Assembly (NCBI GenBank): GCA_965279375.1
Contig: OZ257156.1
Location: 256,001-320,000 of the forward strand
DNA length: 64,000 nt
Source of the DNA: Gemmatimonas sp.
GTDB taxonomy: Bacteria > Gemmatimonadota > Gemmatimonadetes > Gemmatimonadales > Gemmatimonadaceae
Direction of reading: 5' to 3'
The notes beneath the pieces were generated by a model, which saw only the letters and a list, made by a program, of their open reading frames with translations, was not told the origin of the DNA and did not search any database. Each line of letters begins with the position of its first letter. The first letter of the stretch is position 1. Both the position numbers and the translations under genes were made by a program. Positions 45,252 through 55,386 of the stretch are shown here, piece after piece.

Positions 45252-46955
45252 ATGAGACGCTCCGACCTTTCCACCCTCGTCGCCAGCGCCGTGTTCCTCG
45301 CGGCCGCCGGCGCCGCGCCGCTCCGCGCTCAAACGCCTGCCGCACCCGCGGCTGCCCCGGCCGCGGTCGACCCGCGGTTGGCCAAGCTGAAGGAAGAAGC
45401 CGGCAAGATGGTCGAAGCCCGCTCGAAGCAGGTGCAGGAGATCGTCGACATGCTGTTCTCGTTCCAGGAACTCGGCTTCCAGGAATTCGAGTCGCAGAAG
45501 TACCTGACGAATCTGCTCGAGAAGGAAGGGTTCAAGGTCGAGCGTGGCGTCGCCGGCATTCCAACCGCATGGACGGCGCGCTGGAGCCAGGGGTCGGGAA
45601 AGCCGGAGATTTCGCTCGGCTCCGACGTGGACGGTATCCCGCAGGCGAGCAACAAGCCGGGCGTGGGCTACAAGGACCCGATGATCACCGGTGGACCCGG
45701 TCAGGGTGAAGGCCACAACTCCGGTCAGGCGGTCAACATCGTCGCCGCGATCGTGGTCAAGCAGTTGATGACGCGCGACAAGATTCCCGGCACGATTCTG
45801 CTGTGGCCCGGTATCGCCGAAGAACAGATGGCCGGCAAGGCGTTCCTCGTGCGCGACGGCATCTTCAAGAACACCGACGTCACCCTCTTCACGCACGTCG
45901 GCAACGACCTCGGCGTGTCGTGGGGCGCGAGCGGGTCCAGCGCGCTCATCTCGGCCGAGTTCAAGTTCATGGGCTCGAGCGCACACGCAGCCGGCGCACC
46001 GTGGCGCGGCCAGAGCGCACTCGATGCGGCGATGCTCATGGGTCAGGGGTGGGAATACCGCCGAGAGCATGTGCGGCTGCAGCAGCGCTCGCACTACGTC
46101 ATCAAGGATGGCGGCGACCAGCCCAACGTCGTCCCCAGCACGGCGAGCATCTGGTTCTACTTCCGCGAGCAGGACTATCCGCGCACGATGGCGTTGTTCG
46201 AGATGGGCAAGCGCGTGGCGGAAGGCGCCGCGATGATGACCGACACCAAGCTCGATACGGTCCGCATTCTCGGCTCGGGATGGAGCGGACACTTCAGCAA
46301 GCCCATCGCCGAGGCGATGCACGCCAACATTCAGACGGTTGGCATGCCGGTATGGGATGACAAGGACCAGACGCTAGCTAAGGGAATTCAGAAGGAACTC
46401 GGCTCGCCGGACTTCGGTCTGGAGATGCAAGTGAACAAGCAGTTGCGTGGCGCAGAGACGCCGCAGAACTGGATGGGTGGCGGCTCTGACGACATCGGTG
46501 ACGTGTCGTGGAACGTCCCCACGGTAACGCTGCGCTTCCCGTCCAACATTCCGGGCTTGCCGGGCCACAACTGGGCCAACGCCATTTCGATGGCGACGCC
46601 GATCGCGCACAAGGGCGCCCTGGCTGGTGCGAAAGTGCAGGCGATGACGATGCTCGACATCTTCCTGACGCCCAAGGTCGTGGCCGATGCCTGGACCTAC
46701 TTCAAGGACGTCCAGACGAAGGATGTGAAGTACAAGCCCTTCATCGGCCCGAACGACAAGCCGCCCATCGAGCTCAACGCCGAGATCATGGCGCGCTTCC
46801 GCGACCAGCAGAAGAAGTTCTACTACGACCCGACCAAGTTCAAAACGTATCTCGAGCAGTTGGGGATCACGTACCCGACGGTGCGACCGATCGAAGCGAA
46901 GCCCAAGGGTGACGACGCCGCTGCGTCAGCCGCCGGCAACAAGCCCAAGCAGTAG
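45252..46955 (+). CDS. Secreted M20-family amidohydrolase (AbgB-like)
   Basis: Signal peptide; ELGFQEFES, GEGHNSG, AEE, AHAAGAPWRGQSALDA, GGSDDIGDVSW. Confidence 0.88.
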   Translation: MRRSDLSTLVASAVFLAAAGAAPLRAQTPAAPAAAPAAVDPRLAKLKEEAGKMVEARSKQVQEIVDMLFSFQELGFQEFESQKYLTNLLEKEGFKVERGVAGIPTAWTARWSQGSGKPEISLGSDVDGIPQASNKPGVGYKDPMITGGPGQGEGHNSGQAVNIVAAIVVKQLMTRDKIPGTILLWPGIAEEQMAGKAFLVRDGIFKNTDVTLFTHVGNDLGVSWGASGSSALISAEFKFMGSSAHAAGAPWRGQSALDAAMLMGQGWEYRREHVRLQQRSHYVIKDGGDQPNVVPSTASIWFYFREQDYPRTMALFEMGKRVAEGAAMMTDTKLDTVRILGSGWSGHFSKPIAEAMHANIQTVGMPVWDDKDQTLAKGIQKELGSPDFGLEMQVNKQLRGAETPQNWMGGGSDDIGDVSWNVPTVTLRFPSNIPGLPGHNWANAISMATPIAHKGALAGAKVQAMTMLDIFLTPKVVADAWTYFKDVQTKDVKYKPFIGPNDKPPIELNAEIMARFRDQQKKFYYDPTKFKTYLEQLGITYPTVRPIEAKPKGDDAAASAAGNKPKQ

Positions 46956-46990
46956 CACTCGCAGTCGCTGTACGATGCGCGGTGGGGTGC

Positions 46991-47371
46991 TCAGCGCCCC
47001 ACCGCAGCCCATCCGCTGCGCAGGCCGTCCTGAAATCCGCGCAACGCCTCACCATGTGAAAGCTCGTTGGCATAGAAGAGGCCGGCGGCGAATCCAACGA
47101 CAACCAGCAGCACGCTGATGGCTCGTCCGCCGTAACGCCGGGCCCACATCGGCTTGGGCGCGCGCACACCGGGCCGCGCAAATGGCGGCACCGACGAGGC
47201 AACGCCACCCATCTGCGCGCTGGTCATGGCGACACCCGCCGGCGGAGTCGTCCGGTTGAAGAGTGCCGCCAGTTTCGCGTTCTCATTCTGCATCCGCGCG
47301 AGTTCCTGTCGCAGACGCTGAATCTCGCCGTCTTCAAACTGCGGGTTGTGTCGTTTGGGATCGTATCGCAT
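46991..47371 (-). CDS. Hypothetical membrane protein (coiled coil plus one TM helix)
   Basis: EIQRLRQELARMQNENAKL heptad pattern; hydrophobic AISVLLVVVGFAAGLFYA. Confidence 0.6.
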   Translation of the reverse strand: MRYDPKRHNPQFEDGEIQRLRQELARMQNENAKLAALFNRTTPPAGVAMTSAQMGGVASSVPPFARPGVRAPKPMWARRYGGRAISVLLVVVGFAAGLFYANELSHGEALRGFQDGLRSGWAAVGR

Positions 47372-47609
47372 GGCGCTCTCTGATGCGAAGGCCGCCGCTC
47401 GGTCGGTTCCGGCGCGCTGAACTATCGCGCGGAGGGACGAGCGTGCGCCAGTCGCGCACCGTCACTCTTCCATCTCGTCGGTGACGCAGGCGACACTCCG
47501 AGGTACGCATGCAGCAATTTCGCAGCATGGACGCCGCCGCACCGCGCGGTATGTTCCGCTAGGCCGCTCCACCCGTCGCTCCCTGCGACCTGCGTTCGCC
47601 CACCCGACG

Positions 47610-48485
47610 ATGACCGACCTGCCCATCTCCGATCCCGCGCGCCGTCCTCGAGATGACGAAATCGAGGTGTACGGGCTGACGCACCAAGGACTCGTGCGCC
47701 AGAACAATCAGGATCACTTTCTCGTCTCGAGCATTCATCGGCACGTGGATGTGCTGCAGACGAGTTTGTCGGATCAGGGCAAACTGCTGCTGCGCGACGA
47801 GCGACTCGCATTTCTCGCGATGGTCGCCGACGGAGTAGGTGGACTGGCCGGCGGCGAAAAGGCGAGCGCGACGGCGCTGGAGATCGCGATGCAGTACGTC
47901 ACCGGCAGCATGCGGTGCTACGACCGCGCGGAAGCCGCGGACGCCAATTTCGTGGAGCAATTGCAGGAAGCGGCGATGCAAAGTCACGCGGCCGTCGTCG
48001 AGCGCGCGCGCACGGAAGGCGATGGCAAGGCCATGGCCACGACACTTACGATGTTCCTTGGCGTGTGGCCGTGGTACTACCTGCTGCAGGTTGGCGACTC
48101 GCGTTATTACCACTACCGCGATGGTCTGCTCACGCAGGTGACGCGCGACCAGACGCTCGCGCAGGACCTCGTCGACCAGGGCGTCTTCACGCGCGCGGTC
48201 GCGGCGCGTTCGCAGTTTTCCAACGTGCTCTCCAGCGCACTGGGTGGTGAAACGGCGACGCCGGTCGTGACGCGCCTGCGCGCCGATTGGCGCAACGTGC
48301 ATCTGCTCTGCAGCGACGGGCTCACCAAACACGTCTCGGACGAACGTATCGCGGAGCGCCTGGCTGCGATGACGTCTGCGCGCGAGGTATGTGAACAGCT
48401 CCTGCAGGATGCGCTGGACGGCGGCGGCACGGACAACGTGACCATCATCGTGGGACGCGCAATGCCACGTGAGCTGCCCGCGTAG
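47610..48485 (+). CDS. PP2C/PPM-family Ser/Thr protein phosphatase
   Basis: THQGLVRQNNQD, VADGVGG, TTLT, VGDSRYY, LLCSDGL, GGTDNVT. Confidence 0.92.
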   Translation: MTDLPISDPARRPRDDEIEVYGLTHQGLVRQNNQDHFLVSSIHRHVDVLQTSLSDQGKLLLRDERLAFLAMVADGVGGLAGGEKASATALEIAMQYVTGSMRCYDRAEAADANFVEQLQEAAMQSHAAVVERARTEGDGKAMATTLTMFLGVWPWYYLLQVGDSRYYHYRDGLLTQVTRDQTLAQDLVDQGVFTRAVAARSQFSNVLSSALGGETATPVVTRLRADWRNVHLLCSDGLTKHVSDERIAERLAAMTSAREVCEQLLQDALDGGGTDNVTIIVGRAMPRELPA

Positions 48486-48494
48486 CCTGTCGGC

Positions 48495-49496
48495 ATGATC
48501 TTCCCGCTCCTCCTCGTCGTGCTGCTCCTCACCGCGTGTGGTGGAGGCGCTGCGCCAACTGCGGCACCGCCGACGACACCACCGATCACGCCGCCCACTC
48601 CTGCGCCGGTGACGTACGTCCCCGGGCAATCGTACTTCGGGCGCAACAACTACATCGAGTACATCGCCGGTAACGCGCCCGTCATTCTCACGGCGCCGCA
48701 TGGGGGAGCGCTCACACCAAGCTCCATTCCCGACCGCACGGCAGCAACCTGCGGCGGATCGGCCACCACCGTCACCGACGCGAACACGGCCGATCTCGTT
48801 CGCGTCATGCAGCAGCGCTTCTTTGCGCGCTTCGGCACCTATCCGCACGTCGTCATCTCCAACTTGGCGCGACGCAAGCTGGATCCTAACCGCCTGTCGC
48901 CGGAGGCCGCGTGCGGCAACGCAGAGGCGACCGCCGCGCTCAACGAATGGCACGCGTTCATCGATGTGGCCAAGAGCGCCGTGCTACAGGCCAGCGGCAA
49001 GGGTTGGTACATGGACATGCACGGACACGGCCACGCAGTGCAGCGGTTGGAGCTTGGCTATCTCCTCGCCGACAGCGATCTCAATCTCACCGACGCCGCG
49101 CTCGATGCCGCAGTGAGCTACGAAAACACGTCGAGCATTCGCACACTCTCGCAGTTCTCGCCGCTCTCGTTCGCCACCTTGCTGCGTGGCCCCAACAGTC
49201 TGGGCTCGCTCTACGCCAACAACGGCTTCCCGGCGATTCCCAGCGCGACCGATCCGCGTCCCAGCGGCGCTGACTACTTCAACGGCGGTGACAACACCGC
49301 GCGCCACAGTTGCGGCGCGGGCGCATCGGCACTCGGCGGCGTCACCAACGGCAGCATCTGCGGCGTGCAGATCGAGGCCAACTTTACCGGCGTGCGCGAT
49401 AGCGCGGCGAGTCGCGAACGTTTCGCCGATGTGACGGCGCGCGTGCTCGAGGAATACCTGCGTGTGCATTGGGGACTTCGGCTCGCGCCACCGTAA
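48495..49496 (+). CDS. Lipoprotein, N-formylglutamate amidohydrolase-like (Zn hydrolase fold)
   Basis: Lipobox LTAC; ILTAPHGG, RRKLDPNR, DMHGHGH, VQIE. Confidence 0.7.
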   Translation: MIFPLLLVVLLLTACGGGAAPTAAPPTTPPITPPTPAPVTYVPGQSYFGRNNYIEYIAGNAPVILTAPHGGALTPSSIPDRTAATCGGSATTVTDANTADLVRVMQQRFFARFGTYPHVVISNLARRKLDPNRLSPEAACGNAEATAALNEWHAFIDVAKSAVLQASGKGWYMDMHGHGHAVQRLELGYLLADSDLNLTDAALDAAVSYENTSSIRTLSQFSPLSFATLLRGPNSLGSLYANNGFPAIPSATDPRPSGADYFNGGDNTARHSCGAGASALGGVTNGSICGVQIEANFTGVRDSAASRERFADVTARVLEEYLRVHWGLRLAPP

Positions 49497-49653
49497 GCGC
49501 GAGCTGTAGGTACGGCCGAATTCGCGCGCCGCGGGCACTCCTCCGCGCGCCGATTGCCGCTCCCGAAGACCCAATCTTCCCGTAGCTTACGGAATAGCAG
49601 CCGTCTTCTGCACGCGTACGCACTCGCGCGCGCTCACTTCCTGCACCTGACAC

Positions 49654-51105
49654 ATGTCGCACACCGGCGATCTCTCCCCCGACGAGTTCCGCGCAGCCGC
49701 ACATGCCGCGGTGGACTGGATCGCGGACTATCTCGAGCATCCTGAGCGTCATCCGGTCAAGAGCCGAGTGAAACCGGGAGAGATCCGCGCGGCGTTGCCG
49801 ACGTCAGCGCCGCAGGTGGGCGAGCCGTTGGCCGATATGCTGCGCGATGTGCAGCAGACGCTCCTCCCCGGGATCACCAACTGGAATCATCCCGCATTCT
49901 TCGCGTACTTCGCGAACTCCGGATCCTATCCCGGCATCCTCGGTGAATTGCTGACGGCCGCGCTCAACGCCAACGGGATGCTGTGGGTGACAAGTCCGGC
50001 GGTGACGGAGCTCGAACAGGTCACGCTCGAATGGCTGCGACAGCTCATGGGGCTTGGCGACGGCTGGTTTGGCGAGATCACCGATACCGCATCGGTCTCG
50101 ACGTTCTACGCGATCGCGGCGGCGCGTGAGGTCGCGGGCTTTGGTGTGCGCGAACTTGGCATGGCCGGTCGCGCTGACATGCCCGTACTGCGTGTCTACT
50201 GCTCCGAGCACGCGCACTCCTCGATCGACAAGACCATCATCGCGCTCGGACTTGGTCACGAGAATCTCGTGAAGATTCCGAGCGATGCCGATTTCCGCAT
50301 GCCGCCTGACGCGCTGGAGGCGGCCATCACTGCGGATATCGCCGCGGGCTACCGCCCGATCGCCGTGATGGCCACCGTGGGCACCACAAGCACCACCAGC
50401 ATCGATCCGGTGCCACCCATCGTCGCCATCGCACGGCGTTACAACTGCTGGGTGCACGTGGACGCCGCGTATGCCGGCGTGGCGGCCATCGTTCCCGAGA
50501 TGCGGTATCTCATGGATGGTGTCGACGGCGCGGATTCCCTCGTGGTCAATCCGCACAAGTGGCTCTTCACGCCGATGGACTGCTCGGTGCTCTACACCAA
50601 GCGACCCGCTGCGCTCAAGCAGGCGTTCGCCTTGCTCCCCGAGTATCTCATCACGCGTGGGCAGGATGACGTGGTAAACCTCATGGACTACGGCATTCAG
50701 CTGGGGCGCCGCTTTCGTTCGCTCAAGCTGTGGATGGTGCTGCGCGCCTATGGCGCCGACGGCATCGCCGAGCGCATTCGCCTGCACTGCGAACTCGCGC
50801 GCGATTTCGCCGGCATGGTGCACTACGAAGGCGGCTGGGAGCTCACGGCGCCTGTGCCGCTGTCTCTGGTTTGCTTTCGCTGTGCGCCGGCCGGTGCCGA
50901 CGAAGCACGCATCGCTGCGCTCAATGCGGAGATCATGGAGCGCGTGAATGCGCGCGGGCTGGCGTATCTGTCGCACACCAAGCTCAACGGGCGCTACACG
51001 CTGCGGCTGGCCATTGGAAACATCCGCACCGCGCGCGAGCATGTGGAACTGGCGTGGCAGGAGCTGCGGGATGCGGCGGCGGCTTCGTTGGCTGCGGAGG
51101 CCTAG
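49654..51105 (+). CDS. Group II PLP-dependent decarboxylase (aromatic-L-amino-acid decarboxylase-like)
   Basis: PGITNWNHP.FFAYF, SPAVTELE, HAHSSIDK, GTTST, HVDAAYAG, NPHKW, LGRRFRSLKLW. Confidence 0.92.
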   Translation: MSHTGDLSPDEFRAAAHAAVDWIADYLEHPERHPVKSRVKPGEIRAALPTSAPQVGEPLADMLRDVQQTLLPGITNWNHPAFFAYFANSGSYPGILGELLTAALNANGMLWVTSPAVTELEQVTLEWLRQLMGLGDGWFGEITDTASVSTFYAIAAAREVAGFGVRELGMAGRADMPVLRVYCSEHAHSSIDKTIIALGLGHENLVKIPSDADFRMPPDALEAAITADIAAGYRPIAVMATVGTTSTTSIDPVPPIVAIARRYNCWVHVDAAYAGVAAIVPEMRYLMDGVDGADSLVVNPHKWLFTPMDCSVLYTKRPAALKQAFALLPEYLITRGQDDVVNLMDYGIQLGRRFRSLKLWMVLRAYGADGIAERIRLHCELARDFAGMVHYEGGWELTAPVPLSLVCFRCAPAGADEARIAALNAEIMERVNARGLAYLSHTKLNGRYTLRLAIGNIRTAREHVELAWQELRDAAAASLAAEA

Positions 51106-51108
51106 GCC

Positions 51109-51408
51109 GTGAGTCTCGAGGACTGGTACGCGCAATTCCGGACGATGTCCCGCGACATCTTTGACGGTGCCCCCGACGACGCTCGTCGCGCTCGCGACTT
51201 CTACCAGTCCATCGTCGGCCACGAAGCCATCGTACGCCTGACCGTTGCGCTCCGCCTCACGCGCACTGAAGGTGGGCAGGACTGGGCCCTCGAAGTGTCG
51301 GATCGCGATCGCGTGACCGAATTCCGCGACTATCTCGCGACGCTCCCGCCCGACTCCGACCTGCGCGAGCCGCTGCAGGAACTCATCGACGCATCGGTCG
51401 CTGACTAA
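51109..51408 (+). CDS. Small acidic hypothetical protein (99 aa)
   Basis: GTG 3 nt after the decarboxylase stop; fills the gap exactly; protein-like composition. Confidence 0.55.
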   Translation: MSLEDWYAQFRTMSRDIFDGAPDDARRARDFYQSIVGHEAIVRLTVALRLTRTEGGQDWALEVSDRDRVTEFRDYLATLPPDSDLREPLQELIDASVAD

Positions 51409-52109
51409 CTCTCCACTGCACTGCTTGCATCGGCCAACGCGCGCTTGGCTGCCGCATGCCGCTTGGCCGCTTTGCGCTCCGTGCGGCGACGATTCCAGCG
51501 CAGGAACGCCAACAGCAGCAAGCACACGATCAGCGCACCAATCAATTCGCCGGTGCGCCCAAGCTTACCCATCACCCGCACCGCGGCTTCCCCCGCTGCG
51601 TAGCCAATCAGCGTGAACAGCGCCGACCACAACGCCGACCCAATCAGCGTGGCCGGCAGGTAGATCGCCACGGGCACCCGCGCTGCGCCACACGCCAGCG
51701 GCAGCACCACGCGCAGTCCAAACGCAAAGCGCACGAAGAGCGACGCCGTGATGGGATTTCGCGCGACCACCCGCAACGCCACCGTCCCAGTCGCACGCAC
51801 CTTGGGCCACCGTCGGCGAATCGATTCCCACTTGAGGCGTCCAACCAGATACAGCAGGCTGGTCATCACCCAGCCGCCCAGCGTGATCGCCACGATCGCG
51901 CGCACGAGCTCCAGCTCGCCCTCGTTGGCGGCCATGCCGGCGAGAATGGGCGACAGCTCCTCGGTCACGATCACCGACAGCCCGAGCGCCCAGTAGGCGA
52001 ACGGGCTGTTCAGGAACTCCTGGAAAAACGCCCCCGCCGAGTACTCCGATAGACGCGTCGCCAGTGTGGCGACGGCGACAGCGGCGTGGATTCGGAGGAA
52101 TGACAACAT
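51405..52109 (-). CDS. DedA/VTT-family membrane protein
   Basis: TEELSPILAG, LYLVGR, FVRFAFGLR, ACGAARVP, LW.ALFTLIGY. Confidence 0.82.
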   Translation of the reverse strand: MLSFLRIHAAVAVATLATRLSEYSAGAFFQEFLNSPFAYWALGLSVIVTEELSPILAGMAANEGELELVRAIVAITLGGWVMTSLLYLVGRLKWESIRRRWPKVRATGTVALRVVARNPITASLFVRFAFGLRVVLPLACGAARVPVAIYLPATLIGSALWSALFTLIGYAAGEAAVRVMGKLGRTGELIGALIVCLLLLAFLRWNRRRTERKAAKRHAAAKRALADASSAVES

Positions 52110-52134
52110 GCGTGCGGCGGAGGGAAGCGAAACA

Positions 52135-52164
52135 GGGGCCCATGGCATGAATGCCGTGGGCCCC
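52135..52164 (-). terminator. Intrinsic terminator of the RND operon
   Basis: Minus strand GGGGCCCACGGCAT-TC-ATGCCATGGGCCCC followed by TGTTTC, 45 nt past the RND stop. Confidence 0.6.
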
Positions 52165-52208
52165 CGTCCAGTGTCAGGCAGGACAGCCTGACGTCAATCT
52201 ACCGGGAA

Positions 52209-55200
52209 TCAGTCACCAACGCCCGGGACCGGCATTTCGAACGTCTTGAACTGACCCGTATGCGGCGGCGTCAGCCCCACCCGCTTCGAGAAGCTCGACC
52301 GCATGTTGTCGAAGATCTCGTAGAAGGTCGGGATGACCAGCAGCGTCAGGATCGTGGAGGTGATCACGCCGCCGATCACGGCGACGCCGAGCGGTGCGCG
52401 GAACTGCGCCCCTTCACCGCGACCCAGCGCCACCGGAATCATGCCGGCGATAAGTGCAAACGTGGTCATCAGGATGGGACGCAAGCGAATTGCACCCGCC
52501 TCGATGAGCGCCTCACGCAGCGGCATGCCGTTCTTCTCGCGCGCCCACTTGGCGAAGTCGATGAGCAGAATGGCGTTCTTGGCCACGATGCCGCACAACA
52601 GGATGACACCGATCAAGCTCATGATGTTGATCGTGTTGCCCGTGATGGCCAACGCACCCATGACACCGATCAACGACAGCGGCAGCGAGATCAGGATCGC
52701 GATCGGATCGAGGAACGAGCCGAACTGCAGCACGAGAATGAGATACATGAGCCCCACGGCGACGCCGAGCGCAATGAACACGCTCGAGAACACCTCCGCC
52801 TGCTGCTCGGCCTGACCGCCCGTGGAAAGCGTCACGCCCGGCGGCATGGCGATCTTGGCGGTCTTGGCGTTGATCTCGTTCATCACTTCCGTGAGCGAAC
52901 GTCCCGCGATGTTGCCTTGCACCTTGATCACGTTGCTGCGGTCAAGATGATTCACGATCGCCGGGCCGAGCTGGTTCTTGATCCGCGCCACCTGTTGGAG
53001 CGGAATCAGCTGTGCGTTCGGTCCAGAGCCGATGGCGATCGGGAGTTGCGAGAGATCGCTTCCACGCGCACGCGCTTCCGGCGACAGACGCACCATCACC
53101 TTGCGCGTCTGGTTGGACGGATCCACCCAGTCGCCCGCGTCGAGACCGGCGAACGCCGGACGAATCGCCTGCGCCACCTGCCCCACGCTCAGACCAAGCG
53201 CGCCAGCCAAGCCGCGATCGACTGAGACGGTGAACTCAGGCTTCTGTCCCTTGGTGCTCAACCCGATGTCAACCGCGCCCGGCGTGGACTTGAGCGCTTC
53301 CTTGTACTGGTCGGCCACGATCTGCAACGCGGCCTTGTCGTTGCCGCGAAGCTCGAGCGAAATCTGCTTTTCCTGGCCAGCGAAGTCGTTGGTGAACACG
53401 GCGACGTCTGCACCGCCGATCCCCTTCACGTCTTCACGCATCTGCGCTGCGAGATCTTCCGCGCCGCGCTGACCGAGCTTCAGGCGATCGCCCTTCGTGC
53501 TCAGCTTGACGTAGATGCCCGCCTTGTCCACGGCGCCGCTCGCACCACCGGCGGTGACGAACGTGTACTTCACCTCCGGATACTTCGACACGATGCGCAA
53601 CGTCTCGCCAACCTTCTGACGCAGATAGTCGACGTTGGCGCCCGGCGGCGTCTCCACGCTCAGCTGTACTTCCGCGTTGTCTTCGAGCGGGAAGAAACCG
53701 CCACCAACCAATCCCGTCGCCGGAAGCGCCAGCGCGCCGACGAAGCTCGCGATGGCCAACGCCACCATGGCGGCGCGATGATCGAGCGCCCAGCCGATCA
53801 CCTTGCGATAACCGTTGGCGAGTCCGTTGAACCAGTGATTGAACTTGTCGAGCTGCTTGGTGATCCACGACTTCTCGTGCTCTTCGAGATGCGGATCGGC
53901 CCAGTAGGCCGACAACATCGGGTCGAGCGAGAAGGACACGAACAGCGACACCAGCACCGAGCACGCGATGGTCAGTGCGAACGGCTTGAACCACTGCCCC
54001 GACTCGCCCTGCAGAAACGCGATCGGCACGAACACCGCGATGATCGAGAACGTCGTCGCCGCGACGGCAAGACCGATCTCATCGGTGCCTTCACGCGCGG
54101 CGGTGTAGTGGTCTTTCCCCATTTCCACGTGTCGCACGATGTTCTCGCGTACCACGATCGCGTCGTCGATCAGAATACCGATCGCCAGCGAGAGGCCGAG
54201 CAGCGACATCGTGTTGAGCGTGAAGCCAAACGCCCACACCGCGACAAAGCTCGCCAGCACCGACACGGGCAGCGCGAGACCGGTAATCACCGTCGAGCGC
54301 CACGAGTTGAGGAACAGGAACACCACCAGCACGGTGAGCAGCGCGCCTTCGATCAGCGCGCTCTGCACGTTGTCCACCGAGTTGGTGACGCGCTCGCCCT
54401 TGTCCTTCACCATGTCGAGCTGCGCGCCCTTGGGCAGCGTCGGGCGCAGCGCCTCGACCTTCTTGAACACGGCCTTGGCGACGGCTGTCGTCGAGTAGCC
54501 CTTGGTCTTCTTGATCTCGATACCGACGGCGTCCTTGCCGTTGTAAAGCGCCACGGTGCGCTGCTCTTCCGTGCCGTCCACCGCAGTGGCCACGTCGCCT
54601 AACCGCACGACGCGATTGCCCTTTTCGGCCACGACGAGCTGCATGAAATCCTGCGGCGAATCCAGACGACCCGACAGGCGAATCGTCCGCTCGTCGAGTG
54701 CACCATTCACGCGACCCACCGGCACCGCGAGATTGCCCGTCTGCAGCGCACCCACCACCTGCGGCACGCTCACGCCAGCGGCTTGCAAGCGCGCCGGATC
54801 CAGATTGACCGTCAGCTCACGCTTCACCGAGCCCGTCACGCTCACGTCGGCCACGCCCGGAATCGAGCGCAACTCACGCGTGATGCCCGGATCGGCGATC
54901 TGCGTGAGCAGCGCCGGCGACAGCGACGTGCTGAACAGCGACAGCGTCACGATCGGCGCATCGGTCGGGCTGAACTTCTTGAGAATCGGCTCTTCGATTT
55001 CCTGCGGCAGGTCCTGACGCTTGATGCTGATCGCGTCACGGATGTCCTGTGTGGCTTCCTGCAGATCCTTCGAAAAGACGAACTGCGTGGTGATCTGGGC
55101 GAAGCCGTCGCGCGCTTCGCCGTTGATCGACTTGACGCCGGAGATGGCCTGAATCGCCTCCTCCACCGGCTCGAGCACTTCCCGCTCCACCTGCTCGGGA

Positions 55201-55364
55201 GACGCGCCCGGATACACGATCGTGGTCAGGACGATCGGCGGCTGCACTTCGGGGAATTCGTCCGTCTGCAACTGCAGCAAGGAGACGACGCCCGCCGCGG
55301 CCAGCGTCAGCATCGCCACTACCGTGACGAGCGGACGTTTGATCGCGAAGTCTGAGATGAACAT
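52209..55364 (-). CDS. RND efflux transporter permease (AcrB/SwrC-like)
   Basis: MFISDFAIKRP, YPGASPEQVE, GILIDDAIVVRENI, KNAILLID, RLRPILMTT. Confidence 0.95.
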   Translation of the reverse strand: MFISDFAIKRPLVTVVAMLTLAAAGVVSLLQLQTDEFPEVQPPIVLTTIVYPGASPEQVEREVLEPVEEAIQAISGVKSINGEARDGFAQITTQFVFSKDLQEATQDIRDAISIKRQDLPQEIEEPILKKFSPTDAPIVTLSLFSTSLSPALLTQIADPGITRELRSIPGVADVSVTGSVKRELTVNLDPARLQAAGVSVPQVVGALQTGNLAVPVGRVNGALDERTIRLSGRLDSPQDFMQLVVAEKGNRVVRLGDVATAVDGTEEQRTVALYNGKDAVGIEIKKTKGYSTTAVAKAVFKKVEALRPTLPKGAQLDMVKDKGERVTNSVDNVQSALIEGALLTVLVVFLFLNSWRSTVITGLALPVSVLASFVAVWAFGFTLNTMSLLGLSLAIGILIDDAIVVRENIVRHVEMGKDHYTAAREGTDEIGLAVAATTFSIIAVFVPIAFLQGESGQWFKPFALTIACSVLVSLFVSFSLDPMLSAYWADPHLEEHEKSWITKQLDKFNHWFNGLANGYRKVIGWALDHRAAMVALAIASFVGALALPATGLVGGGFFPLEDNAEVQLSVETPPGANVDYLRQKVGETLRIVSKYPEVKYTFVTAGGASGAVDKAGIYVKLSTKGDRLKLGQRGAEDLAAQMREDVKGIGGADVAVFTNDFAGQEKQISLELRGNDKAALQIVADQYKEALKSTPGAVDIGLSTKGQKPEFTVSVDRGLAGALGLSVGQVAQAIRPAFAGLDAGDWVDPSNQTRKVMVRLSPEARARGSDLSQLPIAIGSGPNAQLIPLQQVARIKNQLGPAIVNHLDRSNVIKVQGNIAGRSLTEVMNEINAKTAKIAMPPGVTLSTGGQAEQQAEVFSSVFIALGVAVGLMYLILVLQFGSFLDPIAILISLPLSLIGVMGALAITGNTINIMSLIGVILLCGIVAKNAILLIDFAKWAREKNGMPLREALIEAGAIRLRPILMTTFALIAGMIPVALGRGEGAQFRAPLGVAVIGGVITSTILTLLVIPTFYEIFDNMRSSFSKRVGLTPPHTGQFKTFEMPVPGVGD

Positions 55365-55386
55365 GCGTGGTGCCTCTGCTGAGGGA

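Noticed and set aside
49540..49610. Possible riboswitch upstream of the decarboxylase (GAAGAC...GTCTTC enclosing a small hairpin)
   Set aside because: Short stems only, with no recognisable aptamer consensus or expression platform.
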